Origin: an uncultured Oscillospiraceae bacterium
GTDB lineage: Bacteria; Bacillota; Clostridia; Oscillospirales; Ruminococcaceae
Assembly: GCA_964369525.1 (NCBI GenBank)
Contig: CAYJEW010000002.1
Location: 1,815 to 65,814, forward strand
DNA: 64,000 bases
Direction: 5' to 3'
Shown: one piece after another, positions 18,126 to 26,307 of the stretch
Layout of the letters: each line of letters opens with the position of its first letter
Numbering within the stretch: the first letter of the stretch is position 1
Position numbers and translations under genes: made by a program
The notes under the pieces: generated by a model
Databases searched by the model: none
What the model was told of the DNA's origin: nothing
The model's input: only the letters and a program-made list of their open reading frames with translations

Positions 18126-19241
18126 ATGCAGAAAAAATATGGGTTTTTAGCGCTTGTACTGGCGGCGGTATTGCTGCTGGCGGCGTGCTCGTTTGATAGC
18201 GAAAGTAGCACAGTGCAGTCGTCGATGGCGCAGAGTGGCACGGCGGGCTCGGCCGCTGCAAGCAGTACCCCACAGCAAGAGGCGGGCGTAAGCGTGCTAA
18301 CAGGCCTTCCGCTACCCGAGAGTATGCAGTATGCCGCAAGGCCTGTGGCAATAATGATAGACAACAACGTTAGGGCCACGCCACAGCGTGGGGTGGCGTA
18401 TGCTGATGTTGTGGTGGAGATGGCTGTGGCCGACGGCACCACCCTTATGATGGCAATGTTTACAGACCTTACATCTTTTCCGCATATTGGGCCTGTGAGC
18501 GAGATAGAAGACCAGTTTTTGCAGATAGCATTGCCACTGTATGCCATACCGGTGTTTATAAACGGCTCTAACTACGCCTACAACCTTTTGGGTGCGGCAG
18601 GCGGCTATAAGGTTATAGACGGAATGCAGCTGGGCACAACCTCTTTTTGGTTTGACGAGGCACGCACCCAGCCTATGCCAGACGGTTATCTGCATGAATA
18701 TTGCTGGTTTACCGATGCGGCGCTTATGTGGAACGGTATGGTAGCTTTGGATGTGCACCAGTCGGGCTACCCTATTGTGCCGATGTTTAACTTTGCGCAA
18801 ACATCGCACCCGCAAAGCAGTGATGCGCACAAGATTAGTGTTGTATACAGCGAGCTTACAGCCGCAAACCTAACCTACAGAGCAGATGACGAAACCTACC
18901 TTTTGGTGAACAGCAACCGCACAGCCGATGAAGACGGCAGCGAAAAGCGCTACACAAATGTGTTACTGCTGGCGGCAAACATTGCGCCAAAGGCAGACAA
19001 TGCAGATTATCTTGAGTATGATTTTTCGGGCGGCACAGGCTATTACTTTACAGGCGGCGGTGTAACCGAGGTGCGCTGGGAGAAGGGCAGTGTGGAAAAC
19101 CCGCTTAGGATATACGATATAGAAAGCGGCGAGGAGCTACAGCTGAATACAGGCAAAAGCTATGTGGGTATCTATTCGGCGCAGCGTGAAGGCGCTGTGA
19201 GCTGGCAGAGCGCGCAGCAGCTGGCAGAGGCTGCGGCATAG
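18126..19241 (+). CDS. DUF3048 domain-containing lipoprotein (paralogue)
   Basis: The N-terminus MQKKYGFLALVLAAVLLLAAC carries a lipobox. The core reads AIMIDNNVRATPQRGVAYADVVVEMAVADGTTLMMAMFTD. A GGAGAG RBS precedes the ATG at 18126. Confidence 0.8.
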   Translation: MQKKYGFLALVLAAVLLLAACSFDSESSTVQSSMAQSGTAGSAAASSTPQQEAGVSVLTGLPLPESMQYAARPVAIMIDNNVRATPQRGVAYADVVVEMAVADGTTLMMAMFTDLTSFPHIGPVSEIEDQFLQIALPLYAIPVFINGSNYAYNLLGAAGGYKVIDGMQLGTTSFWFDEARTQPMPDGYLHEYCWFTDAALMWNGMVALDVHQSGYPIVPMFNFAQTSHPQSSDAHKISVVYSELTAANLTYRADDETYLLVNSNRTADEDGSEKRYTNVLLLAANIAPKADNADYLEYDFSGGTGYYFTGGGVTEVRWEKGSVENPLRIYDIESGEELQLNTGKSYVGIYSAQREGAVSWQSAQQLAEAAA

Positions 19242-19261
19242 AAATATAAACTATAAAATAA

Positions 19262-19305
19262 CCCCCTTTTGGTGCTAACCGCTAACGCCAAAGGGGTTTT
19301 ATTTT
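19262..19305 (+). terminator. terminator after the second DUF3048 gene
   Basis: The stem is CCCCTTTTGG / CCAAAGGGG with one bulge, followed by TTTTATTTT. Confidence 0.6.
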
Positions 19306-19313
19306 GCTAACCA

Positions 19314-19348
19314 TAAAAAACACCGCTGCTAACTGCAGCGGTGTTTTA
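19314..19348 (-). terminator. terminator of the 1091-aa gene
   Basis: The stem is CACCGCTGC / GCAGCGGTG. A T-run follows on the minus strand (A6 on the plus strand at 19315..19320). Confidence 0.7.
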
Positions 19349-19359
19349 ACGTTGAGTGG

Positions 19360-22300
19360 TTAATATTTGTGGGCCAGCGGCAACACGCTTATTAAAGCTG
19401 TCCAGCCAAGCTGGTAGAGCAGCGCCACCATGATTGACAGCCCCGAAAGCCCGCCGCTGAACGCCAGCAGCAGCGCAAGCCCACAGCCTAAAACAGCCGA
19501 GGCAATTTGAACAATGTTGCTCATGCGTTCGCTGTTTGCGCCGCTGGCGGCGGCGCGCATGCCGCCAATAAAACTGGCAAATGTGCCCATGTGGGTCATT
19601 ACGCCGTCGCTTTCGGGCAGGTACTCGGTGAGCGGCTGCATAATGTCTAGCTCGCGCGGGCCAAGCACCTTTACAACGCCTTGGGGTAGGTCGTATGCCT
19701 GCTCTATAAGCTCGGAGGTTATGTTCATGTCGTCGCTGTTAACAATCAGCGAAACGCCGCTTTTTACAAGACTTTCAAGTGTTTGTGCTACGTTGGCATC
19801 GCTGTTGTAGCCTACAATAAACAGGGCAAAAAGTTTGCCGCTAACCGCAAGGTAAACGGGGTAGTGCTGTTTTGGCACAAGCTTCATCTCAAGTTCTATC
19901 GGCGGCGGCTCTATGTCGTGGCGGCGAAGCATGTCGCGGTTGCCTATAACCACGCGGTTGTTTTGCACCCATGCGGTGAAACCGCGGCCAGGCTCGGTGG
20001 TAAGGCTTTCTACCTTATAAAGCATATCGTTTTTGCCCTGCACCACGTCTATAAATATATCTCGCAATGTGTCGCACCCTGAGGTAAGCACGCTGGCCGC
20101 GTACAGAATGGCAAGGTCGATGCGCTCTTTTTCAAAGGTTTTGATGCCTTTTAGGTATACAGAAGAGGCGGGGAAGATGTCGCGCGAGTTAGCCATTACA
20201 ACATTTACATTGCCAAGGTCTTCTATGGCCGACCAGCCGGGTACAACAGCGCCAACACGCTCTGTGCCACGCTGCATTAGGTAGCTTGGAATGCCTGAAA
20301 CCAGTGAGGATGTGAGCGGTGTGGCTAGGCACAGTGTGGCTGTGGCGGCCGACAGCGCAACCAAAAGGTCTTGCGAGAATATCCAGCCCACAGCGCCTGT
20401 ACCCAGCGCTAGTATAAGTAGCGCCCAGCCAACCACTCGTGCGCGTCTGTCGGTGGCACGCTGGGAGAAGCTTTGGCGCAAAAAGCCTTTTACAAGTGCG
20501 GTGGGGCGGCTGAGAAGCAGCGTTGGGTATGGCTCGTTTAGGCCTTTTGTGATGTTGAACGCAAGCTCTGTGCTGTTATCTATTATGTAAGCGGCAGAGT
20601 GGTCCATGCCTGCGCTGGCCAGGCGGAAGTTGTTTAGAATAGACACAGCCCGCACCCGTTTGCCAAAAGCGTTGAAGGCAAGCGTTAGCGCTACCACACT
20701 GCCAAATAGGGTAATAGGCTCGCGTATAGGCAGCACCGACAGCGTTTGCGCTAGTAGCATTACCGCCTGCAATAGGGCAAACAGCGAGGCTAAAGCTGGC
20801 GGAGAATCTACCGTGGGCTCGGCCACAAGGCCCACAAGGCCTGTGGCAACGGTGGTGAAGTTGATAATAATAGCCAGCAACACCAGCGCAAGGTATACTG
20901 CGCAAAATGGTATTGGGTTTAGGGCAAATTGTAGTATAACAGGCAAGGTAATTATGTTTGCAAAGCCAAGGCTTAGCCACATAAGCACAGCCGATATAAC
21001 AAGCGTTGCAACCGTGCGGCGTGTAAGGGTTGTGCGCAGAGAGGCGATGTCTTCTGCTATAGCTTCGGCGTCTTGGGGATGGTTGTAGTCTTCAAAATCG
21101 CCTGTGTCCAGCTCGAGATTTTCATGCTCTGCGCGCTCGGCCTGTTCGGCCTGCTCTGCCAGCTTGGCAAACTCGCCTGTGAGTATGGCAGAACGTGACT
21201 TTTTGCGCTTGCGTTTGCCACGGCCAATAGGCTTTGGCTCTTCGGGGGTTACTATCATGGCTTCCTGGAAGAAATCTCGGAAGCGGTCGTCCACCATTTC
21301 GTCAACAAACAGTGTTTTGGCGGCTTCGCCCGCAGGGGCATCGCCCGACTCAAACTCCTGAGTATAAGCAGCTGTGGGTACACGGCATGCAGCGCCTTGT
21401 TCGTCTAAATCAAACGAGCGTGTGTCGTGCGAGGGCTCGTCATCCTGCGGCGCAAAAGGTGTGGCGGCAGGCTGTGCCGCATTGCCTTCTATGGCAGAGA
21501 ATATAGCGTTTGCCTGCTGCGACATAACGGCAGGCGGCGGCTCGTCGCTGAAAGCGGCAGATATTTGTTGTTCGCTAACGGCGTCGAATGACATGGTGGA
21601 GGTATTAAGATTGTCTATGGCCTCAAACTGCATGGTAGTGCCGGGTTTTGGCCGTGGGGGAGCAGCCGCTGTACCCAAAAAGCTATTCGTGGGTTCTGCG
21701 GTAGCGGCAAAAGAAGAAACATTTATGTCGGTTAGTGTTTCTGCCTCGTTAAACAGGTTTGGTTGCGGCGCTGCCGAGGGCTCTTCATATTGTGGCTCTT
21801 GCTCTTCGGGCTGCGCAAAAAACCCAGTATTTTGCTGCTCGTAGTGATCCGCTGCGTACTCTTTGGTGTACTCCTCTGTATATTCTTCGGCGTATTCCTC
21901 TACCTCGTAAGGAGCAGCTTGTTCCGCCTCGAACAGCGAGTAATCGTCCTCGTCTTCATCAATGTATATGCCTAGCTTCTTTTCTTCTTTTATACGCCGT
22001 TTTTCGGCCTTAAGCTCGGCTGCTTGGCGCTTGCGTTCTTCCTTGTCGGCCTTTTTTTGCTCGCGGCGGCTTAGCGTAGGCTCGCTTTCGCCGGAAAACC
22101 AGCTTAGCAGCTCGGCCTCGCGGCTAAACTTTTCTTTGTCCACCTTGTCAAATGCAGCAGCCTTGCCAACCCTGGGGATAGAGGTGGTTTGGCCAACCTC
22201 AATATCCCATATAGTGGCATCGGGTTTCGGCGATTTTTTGGGGGTGGGTGATGGCGTGGCTGCGGCGCGCTGCACAGGCTTGGCAGGCGGCTCAGCTTTG

Positions 22301-22635
22301 GCAGGTGGTGGTGGAGTGGGCGCTGCCGTAGGTGGGGGTGTGGCGCGCGCTTGTTCGGCCTGCGGTGTGGGTGCAGGCGGTTTGGCGGGCGCCATGGCTT
22401 GCGCAGCTTGCTGCGGCTGTGGCGGTTTAGGGGTGGGGCGCGGCGGCATGGTGGGAACGCCGGGCTGATTTTTGCCTAGCCCCATCTCGGCAAGAATGTC
22501 GTCTACCGATTGTGCAGAGCTGCCTGAAGCAGGCTTGCTTTTAAGCTCCTGTAAAATATTATCCACTGCGGCGCGATTTTGATTTTTGCTGTCCAATTGT
22601 GTCATCTCCATACTTGGTTTGCACAAACGGTGCAA
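19360..22635 (-). CDS. large membrane protein: disordered N-terminal half plus catalytically degenerate P1B-type P-type-ATPase-like core
   Basis: The ORF is 1091 aa. Residues ~1-540 are low-complexity (Pro-rich, KE-rich, EEY repeats). Residues ~541-1091 are colinear with heavy-metal ATPases but read VVMANSRDIF where FDKTGTLT is expected, and the TGES, TGD and GDGxND motifs are also lacking. The start codon is uncertain (TTG 22635, ATG 22611 or ATG 22605). Confidence 0.75.
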   Translation of the reverse strand: MHRLCKPSMEMTQLDSKNQNRAAVDNILQELKSKPASGSSAQSVDDILAEMGLGKNQPGVPTMPPRPTPKPPQPQQAAQAMAPAKPPAPTPQAEQARATPPPTAAPTPPPPAKAEPPAKPVQRAAATPSPTPKKSPKPDATIWDIEVGQTTSIPRVGKAAAFDKVDKEKFSREAELLSWFSGESEPTLSRREQKKADKEERKRQAAELKAEKRRIKEEKKLGIYIDEDEDDYSLFEAEQAAPYEVEEYAEEYTEEYTKEYAADHYEQQNTGFFAQPEEQEPQYEEPSAAPQPNLFNEAETLTDINVSSFAATAEPTNSFLGTAAAPPRPKPGTTMQFEAIDNLNTSTMSFDAVSEQQISAAFSDEPPPAVMSQQANAIFSAIEGNAAQPAATPFAPQDDEPSHDTRSFDLDEQGAACRVPTAAYTQEFESGDAPAGEAAKTLFVDEMVDDRFRDFFQEAMIVTPEEPKPIGRGKRKRKKSRSAILTGEFAKLAEQAEQAERAEHENLELDTGDFEDYNHPQDAEAIAEDIASLRTTLTRRTVATLVISAVLMWLSLGFANIITLPVILQFALNPIPFCAVYLALVLLAIIINFTTVATGLVGLVAEPTVDSPPALASLFALLQAVMLLAQTLSVLPIREPITLFGSVVALTLAFNAFGKRVRAVSILNNFRLASAGMDHSAAYIIDNSTELAFNITKGLNEPYPTLLLSRPTALVKGFLRQSFSQRATDRRARVVGWALLILALGTGAVGWIFSQDLLVALSAATATLCLATPLTSSLVSGIPSYLMQRGTERVGAVVPGWSAIEDLGNVNVVMANSRDIFPASSVYLKGIKTFEKERIDLAILYAASVLTSGCDTLRDIFIDVVQGKNDMLYKVESLTTEPGRGFTAWVQNNRVVIGNRDMLRRHDIEPPPIELEMKLVPKQHYPVYLAVSGKLFALFIVGYNSDANVAQTLESLVKSGVSLIVNSDDMNITSELIEQAYDLPQGVVKVLGPRELDIMQPLTEYLPESDGVMTHMGTFASFIGGMRAAASGANSERMSNIVQIASAVLGCGLALLLAFSGGLSGLSIMVALLYQLGWTALISVLPLAHKY

Positions 22636-22765
22636 ACCGCGAATTTTGCTGTAGCTATCGGATAGGGGCTGCTTTTATGTGGTATAATAAACAAGGTAGG
22701 TTTTTACTCTTTAAAGAGTATGCCACCACAAATACCGTATATTAGTGCGCTTTTTGGGGCGTGGT

Positions 22766-23515
22766 TTATCCTTGGCGGGTTAGGTGAACATGGTGCATTA
22801 AAATGCTGCCGGCTACCGAAACATTAAAACTGTTTACGCCGCCGGAGGTGACCATTGGCAGCGAGATAGCGCCGTCGCACAGTTTGTAAATAAGAGGGCT
22901 TACGCCACGCCCCTCGCTACCTACTACCAGCCCTAAAGGCCCCGAGAGGTCTTGCTTTTGCAGCGGGGTGCCTTGCATGTCGGCGCAGTATATAAAGATG
23001 TTGTCTTTTTTAAGCTTACGTATCGCCTCGCCCAAATTTGCTACACGGGCAATGGGTAGCAGAGCGGCGGCGCCTGCGCTGGATTTTATGACAGCAGGGC
23101 TAACCCATGCCGAGCCACGCTTTGGAATTATAGCGCCATGTACGCCACAAAGCATTGCCGAGCGCAGCAGCGCACCAAGGTTGTGTGGGTCTTCCACACC
23201 GTCGGCCAGCAGTATGAAAGGCGGCTCGTTTTTAGCCTTGGCTATGGCAATAATGTCGTCAGGCGAGCAGTATTCTATCTCGGCCGCAAATGCGGCAACA
23301 CCTTGGTGCTGAGGGCCGCACAGCGTAGCCAGCTTTTGCGCAGGCACGTGTTTTACCACAGCGCCTGCATTTTTGGCAAGCGCTGTAAAGTAAGCGGCAG
23401 ACTTTGGCTGTAGTCCTTCGGCCAGCATAACGGTGTTTACTGCGGCGCCGCTTTGCAGTAGTGCTTCCACGGCGTTGCGCCCGTATACGGGAGGGGTTGT
23501 TTGTTGTGTATCCAT
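22766..23515 (-). CDS. rlmB: 23S rRNA (guanosine-2'-O)-methyltransferase, SpoU/TrmH family
   Basis: An N-terminal substrate-binding domain (YGRNAVEALL) is followed by SpoU motifs (DGVEDPHNLGALLRSA, LVVGSEGRGVS, IPMVTSGGVNSFNVSVAGSI). Confidence 0.85.
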   Translation of the reverse strand: MDTQQTTPPVYGRNAVEALLQSGAAVNTVMLAEGLQPKSAAYFTALAKNAGAVVKHVPAQKLATLCGPQHQGVAAFAAEIEYCSPDDIIAIAKAKNEPPFILLADGVEDPHNLGALLRSAMLCGVHGAIIPKRGSAWVSPAVIKSSAGAAALLPIARVANLGEAIRKLKKDNIFIYCADMQGTPLQKQDLSGPLGLVVGSEGRGVSPLIYKLCDGAISLPMVTSGGVNSFNVSVAGSILMHHVHLTRQG

Positions 23516-23826
23516 TTGCCTCCAAAATAATTAAGTGTAAGGCGGATGCGAAAGCTCTAATAACACTATTGGTTGCGGTAAAAAGCATATGTACCCCAAT
23601 ATGCAGTTATTATATCAAAGTTTTGCCTGTATTACCACCCACATACAAAAAAACATGAAAAAGTAGGTACAATGATATGCGGTGAATATGCTACAGATTG
23701 CAAATACTGCAAAACAGTGGCTGTATAAGCAGATTTATACAGAATGTAAATAGCGTAGAGGGCAGGCAGGATGTTGAAAAGTCGGTTGAAAGTGTTAAGA
23801 AGTGGCATTATCTGCGGTATTATCGG

Positions 23827-23881
23827 TGTGGAAAACTAGATTTAGGGAGGGTTTTCCACAAGAAGTTTAAAGCTTTCCACA
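23827..23881. promoter_or_regulatory. cluster of three DnaA-box-like 9-mers
   Basis: The three sites are TGTGGAAAA (23827..23835, reverse complement TTTTCCACA), TTTTCCACA (23852..23860) and CTTTCCACA (23873..23881). The consensus is TTATCCACA. Confidence 0.4.
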
Positions 23882-24010
23882 AAACAAGGTGTTTAAACAG
23901 GGTAATAAAAGGGGAATATGTATAGAAAATGAAGGGCAATAAGGGTGTATATTTCTCTGAATGTGACAAATATAAATATTTTGCAGCGTATTGTACGGAG
24001 ATGAAATTGA

Positions 24011-24865
24011 ATGGGAAATGGTGAAAACATGGCGGTATTTGCACAAAACGCTTTTGAAACATCGGCGAGAGGTATGAACCTTGAAGCCACATTGTTTTGC
24101 GGGCAGAGCTTTAGCTGGCAGCATGATAGCGGTAGCTATATTGGAATGGTGGAGGATATGGCGGTAAAGCTAAGCCAAGAAGGGGATATTCTACGCATAC
24201 AAAACATAAGCGGGCAGCCACTAACAGCGCAGCAAAAGGAGTATTGGCTACGGTATTTTACACTTGATATCGACTACAATGCGCTTCATAATGCATTTGC
24301 ACAAAACAAGCAGCTGGCGGCGTGTGTTGGGTACGAGCCGGGAATTCGTATGCTACGCCAGCCGTTTTTTGAAACGCTGATATGCTTTATAATAAGCCAA
24401 AACAATAATATTCCGCGTATAAACGGTATTGTACAGCGGCTACGAGAGGGCTTTGGCACAAATGTGGCCGAGGGGGTGTATGCCTTTCCACAGGCCCGGC
24501 AGCTGGCGCAGCTGGAGGTAGAGCAGCTACAGCCGCTGCGCGCGGGCTTTAGGGCAAAATACATACTGGACGCGGCGCGTAGGGTGGCAGACGGGCGGCT
24601 ACAGCATAGCCAGCTAACACAGCTGCCCACAGAAGAGGCACGCAAGCAGCTTTTAGAGATATACGGCGTGGGGCAAAAGGTGGCAGACTGTGTGCTGTTG
24701 TTTGGCTTGCAACGCTGGGAGGTATCGCCGATGGATGTGTGGATGCGCAGAGCCATGCAGCAGCTGTTTGAGCAAGGAATGCCCGAATGCGCCAAAGGCT
24801 ATGAAGGTGTGGCACAGCAGTATATATTCCACTATGCACGCACCGAGAAGCTGGTGGAGGGATAA
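24011..24865 (+). CDS. ogg: 8-oxoguanine DNA glycosylase / DNA lyase (bacterial Ogg, HhH-GPD)
   Basis: The N-terminal sequence ATLFCGQSFSWQ and the HhH-GPD motif IYGVGQKVADCVLLFG ... PMDVW are present. An alternative start lies at 24029. Confidence 0.8.
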   Translation: MGNGENMAVFAQNAFETSARGMNLEATLFCGQSFSWQHDSGSYIGMVEDMAVKLSQEGDILRIQNISGQPLTAQQKEYWLRYFTLDIDYNALHNAFAQNKQLAACVGYEPGIRMLRQPFFETLICFIISQNNNIPRINGIVQRLREGFGTNVAEGVYAFPQARQLAQLEVEQLQPLRAGFRAKYILDAARRVADGRLQHSQLTQLPTEEARKQLLEIYGVGQKVADCVLLFGLQRWEVSPMDVWMRRAMQQLFEQGMPECAKGYEGVAQQYIFHYARTEKLVEG

Positions 24866-24981
24866 TATATGCTTATAGCTCGTCAACTTTCGCATTGATT
24901 TTGTGCATGGCGGGGTGTATACTGAAAACTATAAATGGCCCTGCGGCGAAAGCCTGCGGCTAAACTTAGGAGGCGTTATAA

Positions 24982-25845
24982 ATGCTTGTAAATGCGCGCG
25001 ATATGCTCATTAAGGCCAAAGAAGGTCACTATGCGGTAGCACAGATTAACATCAACAATCTAGAGTGGACCAAAGCGGTTTTGCTTACGTCGCAAGAGCT
25101 GAATAGCCCTGTGATTTTGGGTGTTTCTGAGGGCGCCGGCAAGTATATGGGCGGCTTTGAGACGGTGGCGGCCATGGTAAAAGCGATGGACAAAAGCCTT
25201 GGAATTACCGTTCCGGTTGCGCTTCACCTAGACCACGGCACATACGACGCCTGCATTAAGTGCATAGAGGCGGGCTTTACGTCAATAATGTTTGACGGCA
25301 GTCATTATGATATTGAGGAAAATGTAGCTAAAACATCCGAGCTTGTGCGTGCGGCACGCGATGCGGGCATGTCTATCGAGGCCGAGGTGGGCTCTATTGG
25401 CGGCGAGGAAGACGGCGTTGTGGGCGCAGGCGAGGTGGCAGACCCCGAAGAGTGCCGCCGCATTGCCGAGCTGGGCATAGACTTTTTGGCCGCAGGCATA
25501 GGCAACATACACGGCGTGTATCCACCAAACTGGAAAGGGCTGGACTTTGATGCCCTTGAGAAGATACAAAAATCCACAGGCGGCCTGCCTTTGGTACTAC
25601 ACGGAGGCACGGGCATTCCGCAGGATATGATTAAAAAGGCGATAAGCCTGAGTGTGTCGAAGATTAACGTGAACACCGAGTGCCAGCTTTCGTTTGCGGC
25701 GGCTACTCGCAAGTATATAGAAGAGGGCAAAGACAAAGAGGGCAAAGGCTATGACCCAAGAAAGCTACTGGCCCCCGGTGTAAAGGCTATACAAGACACG
25801 GTGCGCGAAAAGTATGAAATTTTCGGCTCGGTGGGCAAGGCATAG
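24982..25845 (+). CDS. fba: class II fructose-1,6-bisphosphate aldolase
   Basis: Metal-ligand contexts LHLDHG, HGVY and LVLHGGTGIP are present. The protein is 287 aa with a strong RBS (AGGAGG). Confidence 0.92.
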   Translation: MLVNARDMLIKAKEGHYAVAQININNLEWTKAVLLTSQELNSPVILGVSEGAGKYMGGFETVAAMVKAMDKSLGITVPVALHLDHGTYDACIKCIEAGFTSIMFDGSHYDIEENVAKTSELVRAARDAGMSIEAEVGSIGGEEDGVVGAGEVADPEECRRIAELGIDFLAAGIGNIHGVYPPNWKGLDFDALEKIQKSTGGLPLVLHGGTGIPQDMIKKAISLSVSKINVNTECQLSFAAATRKYIEEGKDKEGKGYDPRKLLAPGVKAIQDTVREKYEIFGSVGKA

Positions 25846-25861
25846 AGCATAAAAGAATATT

Positions 25862-25898
25862 AAGCCGATGCAGGTGTGAGCCTGCATCGGCTTTTTTT
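25862..25898 (+). terminator. fba terminator
   Basis: A 13-bp perfect stem, AAGCCGATGCAGG / CCTGCATCGGCTT, is followed by a T-run. Confidence 0.85.
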
Positions 25899-26120
25899 GT
25901 GAAAAAATACGGCAGATGAAGCGAGATGGAAGCTATTAGGGGGTTAAAGTGAAGCCTGAGTGCAAAATAAACATGGCTATGAAGGTAGTTTGTGTTGGGG
26001 CAGATACGATGCAGATAAAATAAGCGTGAGCAAGGGCGGCTAAGCGCTAAACTTTAGCGAAGTGCACAAACGGGGCTGCGAGTTTTTGTGGTAAATACTA
26101 GTAAAATTATTGGGTTTTGT

Positions 26121-26150
26121 TTGGACAATTTTGTAAAAATGTGGTAAAAT
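26121..26150 (+). promoter_or_regulatory. promoter for the EF-G gene
   Basis: The elements are TTGGAC, an 18-nt spacer, and TAAAAT with an extended TG (TGGTAAAAT). It lies about 155 nt upstream of the ATG. Confidence 0.5.
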
Positions 26151-26307
26151 TTTGTGGTGTGCCAGCGGTGTATGCTATAACACAGTTGTAGTATCTGCCG
26201 GCGGTTATACACTGCGGTGAATCTACTGTTACTAAGCCAAGGCACAGCCTTGGTAAAAATACACGCCTCACAGGCCATACGGGCCAAGGCTGAAAAGGGG
26301 TAAATCT

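Noticed and set aside
20606-22468. Several 85-168-aa plus-strand ORFs are Gly/Ala/Ser/Cys-rich and lie opposite the 1091-aa gene.
   Set aside because: They mirror the Pro/Ala/Glu-rich sense strand, since Pro codons read as Gly on the antisense strand. They have no independent signals.
22559-22571. The 13-mer TTATCCACTGCGG is shared with 33305..33317. Both copies lie at the 5' ends of minus-strand genes.
   Set aside because: Dozens of chance 13-mer coincidences are expected in 64 kb. Both copies encode an incidental Ala-Val-Asp peptide, and the flanks show no extended similarity.
23698-23925. A 75-aa ORF, together with three overlapping minus-strand 65-90-aa ORFs, lies in the rlmB/ogg intergenic region.
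   Set aside because: These have no RBS, mutually overlapping frames and unremarkable basic composition. The region is better explained by regulatory motifs.
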